DNA of 64,000 nt from a virus (taxonomy: Duplodnaviria; Caudoviricetes). The first letter of the stretch is position 1, and each line of letters begins with the position of its first letter. The notes below the pieces were generated by a model. It was not told where the DNA came from. It did not search any database and worked only from the letters and a program-made list of their open reading frames with translations. Shown piece after piece: positions 19,980 through 30,201 of the stretch. The stretch lies in IMG/VR virus record IMGVR_UViG_3300028048_002144; one strand, written 5' to 3'. The position numbers and the translations under genes were made by a program.

Positions 19980-20059
19980 AATAGTCCTTTCTATTAAAAC
20001 AATCCTTTTAAAATAAATATGACAGATTTCAGCCATTCGAGAAGAAAAATTTAAAAAAA

Positions 20060-20091
20060 ATAATCGCCCCAGGTGAAATTAGGGGCGATTA
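20060..20091. terminator. Intrinsic terminator hairpin
   Basis: TAATCGCCCC...GGGGCGATTA with a flanking A tract. Confidence 0.7.
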
Positions 20092-20106
20092 TTACTATAT
20101 ATTTTA

Positions 20107-22782
20107 TTATTTTTTGTCTTTAGGAACGTAATTTCTCTTATATAGAGTCTTGAAAAGCATTCTCTTATTCTTATCGTCATAACCTCTTATGGCTACGATC
20201 TCTTCAATCTTAAAGTTCTTAATATAAACGATTGTCTGTAAATCTTTAAGCATTCTTTCAGCTTCTGAGAACGAGTAATCTGCTCCGTATTTGACGTAAT
20301 CTGCCAATCTGGAGATAGCACCCTCTGCACTGTCAGAGTGAACTGAACACCAGCATTTATGGCCTGTCTGGGACGCTCTAAGCATATCTCTTGCTTCTGC
20401 ACCTTTAATCTCACCGATAATCATATATCCAGTATCACAAAGAAGGTTGTTAGTTCCTAATTCAGATAGTCCAGTAATTACATTACCGTAATTATCTTTA
20501 ATAATGTGCTGGAAGTATGCATTTGGGTGAATATATGAAAACAACTCGTCAGATTCCTGTGCACATGAGATAGACGCTGTTTTTGGTATATAATCTATAA
20601 GAGCATTCATAAGTGTTGTCTTACCAGATGCAGATGGTCCAGCAAAGATAATTCCAGAAGAACTTACAATTTGCTCTAACAAGAACTTCGCAAGTTTCTG
20701 ATCTAACATTCCTGCATTAATAAGATCAGTTAATGTAGTTTTCTCTTTAGGAACTTTTCTTATGTGCAAATAATAACTGCCGCTCTGGTTAGTTGTAGGA
20801 TACGAAATATTAAATCTTAAAATGTATTTAGGATTAAATGTTGTATCCGTGAAAGGTAAAGGATTATATGAATTAATCGGCATTGCATTTCTTATAAGAA
20901 TACTCATAATAAAACGATTGTAATCTGCCCAATCTAAGAATTTAAGATTTTTAGCAGTATAATGTTTATCTTTTACTTTTACATTAATATTATTAGGACT
21001 GGTAATTCTTATATCAGTTATATTATCATCCATAATCGCATCAGTAAGAATATAGTATGAGAATATCGCTTTCTCTAACATATCCATCAAAACTTCAGTA
21101 TCTCTTTCAGTAAGTCGGCAATGTTTGTTTATAAATACTTTTGCCAGCTGCATAAAACTATCATGTGACTTCTGATCATTATCTCTAATTGCTCTTGAGA
21201 AAGAACTTCTTTCTACAGTTGTAAGATATTTAATTACTTTAGCGAAAGAGTTATCAATTACACTATAAGTTGCATCAGTTTGTGGTCTTGGTGGAGTAGG
21301 AACTATATAGCCTTCGTCTGGGGCTTCGAGAACAGAGATATCAAATTCTGGTGTATAATCATCTATCGCATTTAGAAATGGAACATGATTATTCTTTTTT
21401 GCGTTAATCTGTTCTACTGGCACTTTTTTATGTGGAGAATAAATAGCATGGATTAGATGATTTTTATCCTTTAATATTTTAGAACTGTCTCGCTTAATAA
21501 AATTTCTTTTAGTATGCGAGATATCGTCATAAAAGCCTTCATCATCTTCATCTGAAAAAATATTCTCTTCTTCGTCAAGAGTATTAATAGTTACTTCTGG
21601 TTCTGCAGTATCGTCTGATGCTGTTTCAGTTTCATTAGGGATTGTGACATCCTTAGTGTCTTCTGATTCGGCATTAGTTTCTAATGCAGTATCAGGAATA
21701 TTGTTTTTTGAAACGGTTTCTTTTTCTGATTCAGTAGCTACATGATTATCAGGTTCATTTGTAGAATATACCATTTTAGGCGTATCCATTTCATCTTTAG
21801 GACGAAGGGAAGATATATTCTGTGATGTCTCATTCTGTGGTGTTTCTTTTGGAACATCAATAGCTTCGGTATCGTTAACTAAAGCCTCGTTAACCATATC
21901 GGATTTATTATCAGAAAGAATATTCTCGTTATTAGAAACTGCAGTTGCCTGGTGCTTTAATGCTCGTGTTTCTACATTTAATTGTTCAAGCGCACCTAAA
22001 GCAGACTGAATTAAATTAGTCAGTTCTTCTACTTTCTGCTCATTACCAGCATACGTACTTTCTTTAGAATCATGCAAAGTGCTCCGATTGCTGTCAGGAT
22101 TATTAGTGGTTTCTTTAATTTGTTCATTATTCTGTACCTCTTCTCTAGAATTATCTGTTTCATCAGTTTTAGTTTCGTCAATTAGACTTGCTAAAGACTG
22201 TAAAGCATTTACATCGTAACTTGGTTCGATAGGTTTTGATATTTTTTCTTTAATTTGGTTGTTATTTTCTTTTGCTTGTGATAAATCTTCTTCCGTTGTT
22301 TCTGGTGATAACAATGTATTTGAATTAGGAGAATTAAAGAAATTCTTTGTTTTTTCTTTTAGTTCAGAAATAAAACTCTTCATAAAGAATTCTTTTTCTT
22401 CTTCAGACATTTCAGTATCTCTTTTAGAGATTACGTCAATGATAATAGAGTTATTTTCCTGTTTAAATTTTAAGTAAGAAAGACTCTTTAATTCATCAAT
22501 TTTTCCATTTTTACTATATGAACTATATATTGATGCGAGAATTGTTTGATAATAATTGTTTTGAATTGTATAGTTTATGATTTCAGAAATCATATCATCT
22601 GCCTGATCAATAGTAAGTCTTAAATTAAAAGTCAACACAGGGAGTTTGATAATATCTTCAAATTTTTCGTTACCTCTAAAATTTAAAGTATATTCTACTG
22701 ATTCGCCCCTGGTATATTCCTTTTTTAACACCGCTAATTGCTCAGGTTCAGTAATTAAATTTTGGTTGATTTGGTATTTCAT
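20107..22782 (-). CDS. TadA/CpaF (VirB11-like) secretion ATPase with long acidic N-terminal extension
   Basis: ITDIRI, HIRK, Walker A GPSASGKTT, QESDEL, IIGEIKGAEA, TGH and SVHSDS. Probable start at 22782 behind AAAGGAG. Confidence 0.85.
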   Translation of the reverse strand: MKYQINQNLITEPEQLAVLKKEYTRGESVEYTLNFRGNEKFEDIIKLPVLTFNLRLTIDQADDMISEIINYTIQNNYYQTILASIYSSYSKNGKIDELKSLSYLKFKQENNSIIIDVISKRDTEMSEEEKEFFMKSFISELKEKTKNFFNSPNSNTLLSPETTEEDLSQAKENNNQIKEKISKPIEPSYDVNALQSLASLIDETKTDETDNSREEVQNNEQIKETTNNPDSNRSTLHDSKESTYAGNEQKVEELTNLIQSALGALEQLNVETRALKHQATAVSNNENILSDNKSDMVNEALVNDTEAIDVPKETPQNETSQNISSLRPKDEMDTPKMVYSTNEPDNHVATESEKETVSKNNIPDTALETNAESEDTKDVTIPNETETASDDTAEPEVTINTLDEEENIFSDEDDEGFYDDISHTKRNFIKRDSSKILKDKNHLIHAIYSPHKKVPVEQINAKKNNHVPFLNAIDDYTPEFDISVLEAPDEGYIVPTPPRPQTDATYSVIDNSFAKVIKYLTTVERSSFSRAIRDNDQKSHDSFMQLAKVFINKHCRLTERDTEVLMDMLEKAIFSYYILTDAIMDDNITDIRITSPNNINVKVKDKHYTAKNLKFLDWADYNRFIMSILIRNAMPINSYNPLPFTDTTFNPKYILRFNISYPTTNQSGSYYLHIRKVPKEKTTLTDLINAGMLDQKLAKFLLEQIVSSSGIIFAGPSASGKTTLMNALIDYIPKTASISCAQESDELFSYIHPNAYFQHIIKDNYGNVITGLSELGTNNLLCDTGYMIIGEIKGAEARDMLRASQTGHKCWCSVHSDSAEGAISRLADYVKYGADYSFSEAERMLKDLQTIVYIKNFKIEEIVAIRGYDDKNKRMLFKTLYKRNYVPKDKK

Positions 22783-22860
22783 TAACTGCTCCTTTGTATA
22801 AAAAAATATCACTCTATCATTAAAAATATGACAGAATGATATTTTCATACAGTTATTTTA

Positions 22861-23520
22861 TTAACTTCTATTTCCAATGATTTTATAGGTTGTGGTATCT
22901 GTAAATATTTCACCAAAGGTTTTTCTCCTACAGTCTTTGAATAAGCTTCTAGTTGTGTAACTTAGGTGCTGATCATCTATATTATCTGGATTTATATGCC
23001 CATCATTATCACTTAAATCGTAATATTCAAGTGCTGTACAGACATATTTATTAGTCTTAAATAAACTCTTTAAATCTAAGAATCCTCTTTTGAAGAATAT
23101 GTCTTTTAATCCAGAATCTAATGCTTCAGTTCTTCTGGCTAAACTATGAAATGATATTCTTGAGAATACGGCTCCTAATATCATTGCTGGGTAGAAATCA
23201 TTAAACATTTCTTTAGACATAAAATGTTTTATAGCTAAAATACCAACGATAATAGCTATGTAATAACAAATAATCATTGTAGTCTTTCTTTTAGGTTCAT
23301 TATAAGAAATTCCATATGTATAGTATTCATAAGCCATTCTATTTAGATCCAAGAGGCACAGAATTAGATTTAAAGGTAATAATATGATATTAATCATATT
23401 TGGTCTTTTGATATATCTTTCATGTGCATTATAACCTTTGTTTCTTTTTAATAGATTTGGATTAAACGTAATTCTATCTCTATGATTATTTCCCGTTATT
23501 TCTGAATTGTATAACTTCAT
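22861..23520 (-). CDS. Membrane protein, unknown function
   Basis: Two to three hydrophobic segments; AAGGAG RBS. Confidence 0.65.
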   Translation of the reverse strand: MKLYNSEITGNNHRDRITFNPNLLKRNKGYNAHERYIKRPNMINIILLPLNLILCLLDLNRMAYEYYTYGISYNEPKRKTTMIICYYIAIIVGILAIKHFMSKEMFNDFYPAMILGAVFSRISFHSLARRTEALDSGLKDIFFKRGFLDLKSLFKTNKYVCTALEYYDLSDNDGHINPDNIDDQHLSYTTRSLFKDCRRKTFGEIFTDTTTYKIIGNRS

Positions 23521-23650
23521 AATATTTTTTCTCCTTAGTATAACATAATAAATTCTTTTTATTTATAATATGACTTGAAAAAGGTATTTTTTACAAAAAT
23601 AAGGTGTATATTTTTTAATATACACCTTATTTATTATAAATATTCTGTTT

Positions 23651-25939
23651 TTATCTATCAAGGTCAAAATCTAAAAGCGAATCTTCATGTGATCCGATAC
23701 TGTCTTCACTTGAGATATCTAAAATAGCATCCGTTTTACCAGATATTTTAGCATCATGGACTTCGTTAAGATTAAGCTTCTGTGAAACATCTTTATCATG
23801 ATTGATGTACTTATCATAGAGATTAATATCTTTGGATAAGTATTCTACTAATTGTTTTTCTTTAGCCTTATCTGTGAAGGACTTGATAGATGATTCAACA
23901 CCATAAAAATTCAATGCCTGTTTAGATTCATCTATTCCGTTTTCTACAAAAGTAGAAATAGTATCTTCTACGAAATTATCACAAATAGCATTTAGTTTAT
24001 TATAATCAGCTGAAAATTCTGCCTTAAACTTTGCAGCTAATTCTTTAGATATGATCTCATTATTGATTTCAGATACTGAAGTATCTTGCATTACTAAATT
24101 AACCATATCTGGAACATTTGATTTATCTTTTAATGTTTCACTAATACTAGCTTGACGTTCTGTAATATCTTTTATTGTTTTCTGGAAGTCAGGAGTAGAA
24201 CACCAAAAAGCTAACTCTTTTGTTCCTTTAAGTACATTATCTTTTGCGTCTTCTAATGTTGCTTTAGGGTTGTTATCTATTACTCTTTGAGACAACTTAT
24301 TTATTAAGTGCTTATCTCCTTCAAGAACTTTATTATTGATTACTCCATTTTCTTTTTCAGTAAGAGTTAAAGATATACTAGTATTTGCTTTCTCTATATA
24401 TTCCATTTGGTTATGTTTAGTAGCAATTTCTACTTGCTCCAAAGAATTTTTCATTTTCTCTTCTAGCTTATGATAAAAAAGATTTTCTACATCAAATTCT
24501 TTAGTGCTTTTTAAACCTTTTATAGTAGCTTCTTTAAAATCATCAAAATTTTTAATATCTGCATTTGCATAGACATTATCAATACGTGTTTTAATATCAT
24601 TTATTTTATTTGGTGGAAGTTTTAATTCTTTACCACATTTATCTATAGAATCTTTTATCTGCTCTTTAGCATCCATTATTCTATATGTCTGGGCCTTTTC
24701 TTCTACTTTAGATACATAATCTTTAGTGAATTTAGCCATGTTTTCACGTTCTTTTAAGATAGCATAATGTTGAGTTGGTAATGGTCTAGGTATTTCTTTA
24801 TGTGTTTTTGAAATAAGATCATTATCCAAACCTTGATCCTGGTGGAATTTCAATAATTCTTCCCCAGATAATCCTTTTTCTTTAGCAATCTGATTTAATT
24901 CCTGGTCAGTAAGTCTAGTCGGTTCACTAATACTATCCAAGAATGGATATAATTCTTTACCATATTTTGATAATGCTTCAGTATACTTTTCTTTATCTGC
25001 TTCATTTAAAGATGCATAGTCTTTCATAAGAATAGCTGGTCTCTCTATCTTTTTAGTAGTACCATCTTTAAAGAACACCGTAGCTTTATCTTTTTCGAGT
25101 TTTATATAATCTGATGCAGATCGTGCAGAAGTTATCCAGGCAGTTTCATTACTGAAAAGTGATTTTTCGCCAATTTCTTTTGCATCATACATAGCTGCTT
25201 CTAGGTCTTTAGCAAAAACAGAACCGGCTTTTAATGCAATAATATCTGAAAGCATGTCTGGGTTCATTCCATTATTTTCAAGATCTATGAAGTTACCCTG
25301 CATTGTAGCGACATCATAAAATACCTTACCATCTTTTTCATATGGCATAGCTGTAAACTGGTAATTAGCATTATTATCATTGAATTTTGTGAGATATAAA
25401 TATTCTAATTCACTTAAACCTTTTAATACTACAACATCTTTTTCTTTTGATAGCTTATCAAAGTTTAGAGTAGAGATTTCTCTTGCTTTATAGTTACCAC
25501 GATTTAAAGCATATTCCTGGATCAAGTCATTTAGTTTCTTGATACCATCTTCATTTGTAAAGATTTGTACTTTACCTTCGCCATTTCGTCTTAACTTTAA
25601 ACCACCATTAACAAGATCCTTTTGGTAAAGTAAGGTTTGAATTCCTTCTTTTCCACCAAAATCTGGATCATCTTTTAATTTATCAGCTATATATCCGAAA
25701 AATTCATCTGGTACATTATTAGAGAAAGTCTTTATCTGTGGAAATACCGTTCCGTCTCTTGTAATAGACATTAACGCTTTTCTTAACATCATCGCTTCAT
25801 GATGTTTTAAGGCTGTGTCTATTGCTTTTGAAAGTGTTATATCGCCTTTATCTATTAGTCGCCATATTTTCTCTAATATCGCACTAATATCATGAAAAGC
25901 TTGCTCTGTAGATTGATCATAAGCTTGAGTAATAGCCAT
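23651..25939 (-). CDS. Large hypothetical protein
   Basis: 762 aa ORF with AAGGAGG RBS, motif upstream and terminator downstream. Confidence 0.75.
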   Translation of the reverse strand: MAITQAYDQSTEQAFHDISAILEKIWRLIDKGDITLSKAIDTALKHHEAMMLRKALMSITRDGTVFPQIKTFSNNVPDEFFGYIADKLKDDPDFGGKEGIQTLLYQKDLVNGGLKLRRNGEGKVQIFTNEDGIKKLNDLIQEYALNRGNYKAREISTLNFDKLSKEKDVVVLKGLSELEYLYLTKFNDNNANYQFTAMPYEKDGKVFYDVATMQGNFIDLENNGMNPDMLSDIIALKAGSVFAKDLEAAMYDAKEIGEKSLFSNETAWITSARSASDYIKLEKDKATVFFKDGTTKKIERPAILMKDYASLNEADKEKYTEALSKYGKELYPFLDSISEPTRLTDQELNQIAKEKGLSGEELLKFHQDQGLDNDLISKTHKEIPRPLPTQHYAILKERENMAKFTKDYVSKVEEKAQTYRIMDAKEQIKDSIDKCGKELKLPPNKINDIKTRIDNVYANADIKNFDDFKEATIKGLKSTKEFDVENLFYHKLEEKMKNSLEQVEIATKHNQMEYIEKANTSISLTLTEKENGVINNKVLEGDKHLINKLSQRVIDNNPKATLEDAKDNVLKGTKELAFWCSTPDFQKTIKDITERQASISETLKDKSNVPDMVNLVMQDTSVSEINNEIISKELAAKFKAEFSADYNKLNAICDNFVEDTISTFVENGIDESKQALNFYGVESSIKSFTDKAKEKQLVEYLSKDINLYDKYINHDKDVSQKLNLNEVHDAKISGKTDAILDISSEDSIGSHEDSLLDFDLDR

Positions 25940-26038
25940 CTTTTTGTCCTCCTTGTAAAAAGTTTTTATCGTAGAAAATATGACAGAAGAAAAGAAAAAG
26001 TACCAAGAACGGATTGCTCCATTCTTGATACTTTTATA

Positions 26039-28855
26039 TTAATGGTTAAGTATTGTGCTAAATTCTTCGAGGATAAGATTTTTCTCTGGTTCTTTTATAG
26101 TACCGTTATTTTTAACACCAGTAATCACCAGATTATTCTTTGCTCGTGTAACACCTACGAACATTAAACGTCTAATCTCTTCGTTGTAATTAAGTCCTTT
26201 ATATATGTCTGAAGTAGACATAATAAGGTTGTCCCATTCAAGACCTTTAGCCGAATGATATGTAGTAATAACTACTCCAGGGTAATTCTTTACTCTTCTT
26301 ACAGCAACTTCTTCTCCATACTTTTCAAAATCATCAATAAAATTAACAAGCTTGATAAAGTTCTTTTCGAATTTAAGTCTATCAATGAAATCGCTCATAA
26401 TTTCATCATCATGATAATTAAGAGCTTCGATAGCCATAAGAGTCATTTTAACTTTATCTGGATTTAATGATGAAACTTTTGAAAGATATTCGATTTCTTG
26501 CTGATATAAGTAGATCAACTTATCAATTTCTTCTTTATCTAAATCGAATAAAATATTATCGAGAAGGCAATTAACGTATTCTACAACACATGTTTTAAGA
26601 GTAGGATTATTTACTGCTTTAATGAAAGCAATTCCTGCCTGTACACGACTGTTAGAGATTAACTGCATAGGATTCATTGTAATCCACTGAATTCCTTTTT
26701 CTGTTAAAACTGTACATACTTTATTGATGTTAGATTTATTAGGCAAAAGAACAGCAATAGATCCAAGAGGATATCCTTTATTAATGTATTCCTGTACTTT
26801 ACTTCCGATAAATTCAAATTCTTCATTCTTTTTCTCAAAAGGATAAAGTTCAATATCAGTACCAGCTGGTCGTGTAGCTATAAGATCTTTCTTAATTCCA
26901 GTTTTGTTGTGCTTAATGTAATTATTAGCAAGATCAATGATATTCTGCTGACATCTAAAGTTCTTTGTCATGTAGATATCATGTCTGTTTGCATTAGGAA
27001 TGATTGCTTCATCGAAATATGAAAAGAAATTAATCATATATTCTGGTGTAGTGTCTCTGAATGAGTAAATAGCCTGGGAATCATCTCCTACTACTGCAAG
27101 CATCTTAAAGTTCTCGCATTCAGTCAGCTTTACAAGCAAATCTAACTGTCTTTTTGAAGAATCCTGGAATTCGTCTACGATAATATATCTAAAGTCCTTT
27201 TTATCCAAGTAATAAGGATCCAGGTCTAAAATATCAAAGAATTTTAATTCCTGGTCCGCAAACTCCAGTAGATTATTACTGATTAGAATATTCTCATAGA
27301 TTTCATACAAGTCAAGAATCTGACTGTATCCTTCTTTAGTAATTTCCAATGAACGATAATTATGATGCATCTTTGCCTGAAGTGTTTCTTCATCACCTTT
27401 AGTAAGTCCTTCATTTTTAATGATATCAAAGGCTCTAGCTAATACTTTTGCACCAGAAGTAGGGAGTAAAAGATTATCGAAATTCTCGTAATCAAATCCA
27501 GAGATCTGATTATTTGTATTTAGAATTCTAGCAATAATTGGTACCTTCTTTACGAAGTCAATTACTCTAGGAGCTGATGTATAATTTAGATTAGAAAACT
27601 GTTCAAGTACACATTCATTGCAAAATGCGTTGAATGTTGTACATGTCATTTCAGACAAATCTACATTGCTCATTCCAAATTCATTCAAATACTTATTTAC
27701 TCTGTCCTTCATTTCTTTTGCTGCGTTATTTGTATAAGTAAGCAAAAGAATGTTTTTAGGATTAATTCCTTCTGAAATCATTTTAACTGCCTTTAGTGCA
27801 AGTACAGTTGTTTTACCAGAACCAGCACCAGCATTACATCTAATAAGTCCTTCATTGATGTCAATGAACTCCTGCTGAGGAGCATCTAAGTTGATTGATG
27901 AAAGCGGTGTAGTTTTCTGCTCTTTTTCTACAATGATTGGTGGCTTATTAAAATTGCAGCTAAATGATAGAACACAATTTTCGCAATCCTTTGAATTACA
28001 GTTATGTTCAAAGAATGAACCACTAGAGAACTTTGTAAGTTCTTCTTCAAAGGCATCATAAAAATCGTCTCTATTGTTTGTAGCTAATGTAACCGTGACT
28101 GTATTGTTTGTAGCCTTTCCAGAGTCATCATTAAAGAAGTTTTCATCATAATGATATTTTGAATCACTTACTCTATCAGTTTCCTTTCTGGTGTAATAAT
28201 ATGATGCAGTGATCATATAATTTCCACCATTATAGGTTTTAGGAATTAGTGAATCAGCTACAGCAATCATTATCTTCAGTTCAAGATTATCCAGTTCGTT
28301 TTTCTTTGATTTTCTATAAGCTGTTTTCTTACCGAATCTATATTTAATCAAATGTATAGTTTTTGTACTAACTAATGGATTCTGACTAATATATATAGCA
28401 TCGGCAGTCGCTGACAAATCAAAATCAAAGTCTGGCATTTCTAGTGTGCTTTTACTAACAAGCATTTCAGCTACGTTAACTAGTTCTGGTTCATCTGAAA
28501 TAATAGCCATAGGATCTACGCAGTATCTTGTTTCACTTAAAAGATAACGTGCAATATCTTTGGTAACGTGATTTATACGTTTATTTTTAGTATCCCTAGT
28601 TGGGAACGTTAAATCTTTGATGTCACAAGTATTTGTAATCCTCTTAACAAGATAAGCTTCCAAATCTTTAGTTGACTTAGTTCGAAGAATATCATCATGA
28701 ATACTTTCGAGAAGAATCTGTCTAGCTATATCATTAAGTACCAGAGTAGTTTTCTTTGATTCGATATCAATCTTTTTTGATGCGTATAACTTCCTTTTCT
28801 TACAGCTATTATTGATTCTAGCAAAATAGCTACTGTTTAATACTTTCTTTCCCAT
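26039..28855 (-). CDS. UvrD/PcrA-like SF1 helicase with Cys-containing N-terminal extension
   Basis: AGAGSGKT, LTYTNNAA, VDEFQD, VGDDSQAIYSFR, NFR, TYHSAKGLEW and FVGVTRAK. Confidence 0.9.
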   Translation of the reverse strand: MGKKVLNSSYFARINNSCKKRKLYASKKIDIESKKTTLVLNDIARQILLESIHDDILRTKSTKDLEAYLVKRITNTCDIKDLTFPTRDTKNKRINHVTKDIARYLLSETRYCVDPMAIISDEPELVNVAEMLVSKSTLEMPDFDFDLSATADAIYISQNPLVSTKTIHLIKYRFGKKTAYRKSKKNELDNLELKIMIAVADSLIPKTYNGGNYMITASYYYTRKETDRVSDSKYHYDENFFNDDSGKATNNTVTVTLATNNRDDFYDAFEEELTKFSSGSFFEHNCNSKDCENCVLSFSCNFNKPPIIVEKEQKTTPLSSINLDAPQQEFIDINEGLIRCNAGAGSGKTTVLALKAVKMISEGINPKNILLLTYTNNAAKEMKDRVNKYLNEFGMSNVDLSEMTCTTFNAFCNECVLEQFSNLNYTSAPRVIDFVKKVPIIARILNTNNQISGFDYENFDNLLLPTSGAKVLARAFDIIKNEGLTKGDEETLQAKMHHNYRSLEITKEGYSQILDLYEIYENILISNNLLEFADQELKFFDILDLDPYYLDKKDFRYIIVDEFQDSSKRQLDLLVKLTECENFKMLAVVGDDSQAIYSFRDTTPEYMINFFSYFDEAIIPNANRHDIYMTKNFRCQQNIIDLANNYIKHNKTGIKKDLIATRPAGTDIELYPFEKKNEEFEFIGSKVQEYINKGYPLGSIAVLLPNKSNINKVCTVLTEKGIQWITMNPMQLISNSRVQAGIAFIKAVNNPTLKTCVVEYVNCLLDNILFDLDKEEIDKLIYLYQQEIEYLSKVSSLNPDKVKMTLMAIEALNYHDDEIMSDFIDRLKFEKNFIKLVNFIDDFEKYGEEVAVRRVKNYPGVVITTYHSAKGLEWDNLIMSTSDIYKGLNYNEEIRRLMFVGVTRAKNNLVITGVKNNGTIKEPEKNLILEEFSTILNH

Positions 28856-29056
28856 TTTTTGAGTCTCCTTCCTTTTCTTAAAAATCTATTTGAAATATGA
28901 AAGATTTTTACAATAAAATACCCCTATGAATATTCATAGGGGCTAGAAAGGAGATAAAACTAGAGCTAGTTCCTTTAAAACTTATACAATATAGATCGCT
29001 CTCATATCTATAATTTTTAGAAACCACCACCCGTAGGTGGTGGTAGTTTACATTAT

Positions 29057-30070
29057 TTACTTTGTAATTTCCTTGCAGAGGTATGCAAGCATTTTCTTAG
29101 TCTTTTCGTCTGGTACAGAAAGACCATTCTTATATGCATCAATGAGTCGAGTTGCTGCAATATGATCATCAGAATCTTCATCAAAGTATGAGTTAATGAA
29201 ATATTCTACAGTCTTTTCCTTGAAAGGGATTGTAAATCCGACAATTGAATCGTGCGTAAAGCCAGATTCGTCTTTTTCGGTTACATTAGTTTCTGGTGCT
29301 TCGACAGGAACAGTTTCAGCATCAATAATAGTATCGTCATTTGTAGGTGCTCCTTCTGGGATATCAAATTCATCTACTTCATCTGCTTCTTCAGTAACAT
29401 TTGGAATATCTACAGTAGGGTTAACAACTTCTTCTTCCATAATTGGACATTCTGGAGCAGATTTAATTGTTGTATCTGTAGGCGCAGGTACAGGAGTATC
29501 TGTAGGTGCAGATGTTACCTTTTCTTCTGTAGGAACATTCTTTTCAGAATCTGTTATTTCGTTTTCTGCCTGGTTGTTTGCTTTAGCTTCACTTTTAATA
29601 TAAGGGAACTCAATAGAAGAAACCTTAGATGCAGAATGTGCGTTATTTGAAGGTGCAGAATTTAGATCAATAGCAATTTCTTCATTAGTGTAGTAATTGC
29701 CCAATCCAAAATAATTAATAATAGCACTACTCATCGCTCTATTAAGTGCGGTCTTAAGAGGAAAAGCCTTTGCAATTTCGCTATTAAGATTATTTGTATT
29801 AACTTCACCCATATACATAGATGAAATATTATTACTATCTGTGATCTTAAAATTAACGATACCACACAGCAAGCGTCCGTCTGGGGCGATTTCAGTATCG
29901 TATGAATAACTGTCTGAAAGCTTTAGTTCTCTCTTCCAGACATTATATAGTTCTCGCAAATGTGTAAATGATAATATGTAATTATCATCTTTTTTATAAG
30001 CAAATACTTCAACGTCTTTATTCAACAAAGTTGAATTAAGTTTAATTTTTTCAAGATTTGTAAATTCCAT
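29057..30070 (-). CDS. Hypothetical protein, possibly a Rad52/Sak-like annealing protein with acidic disordered linker
   Basis: FPLKTALNRAMSSAI resembles SSAP helix motifs; P/T/E/D-rich linker; recombination gene context. The function call is weak. Confidence 0.35.
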   Translation of the reverse strand: MEFTNLEKIKLNSTLLNKDVEVFAYKKDDNYILSFTHLRELYNVWKRELKLSDSYSYDTEIAPDGRLLCGIVNFKITDSNNISSMYMGEVNTNNLNSEIAKAFPLKTALNRAMSSAIINYFGLGNYYTNEEIAIDLNSAPSNNAHSASKVSSIEFPYIKSEAKANNQAENEITDSEKNVPTEEKVTSAPTDTPVPAPTDTTIKSAPECPIMEEEVVNPTVDIPNVTEEADEVDEFDIPEGAPTNDDTIIDAETVPVEAPETNVTEKDESGFTHDSIVGFTIPFKEKTVEYFINSYFDEDSDDHIAATRLIDAYKNGLSVPDEKTKKMLAYLCKEITK

Positions 30071-30201
30071 ACATTTATCTCCTTAAATAAATAGTATTGT
30101 TTTTCTATATATAATATGACTTGAAGAGGGCGTTTTTCGTTGTTTTTATTCCTATTTTTTGTAAAAAATAAAACCCCTTGCCGAAGCAAGGGATTTTAAT
30201 A

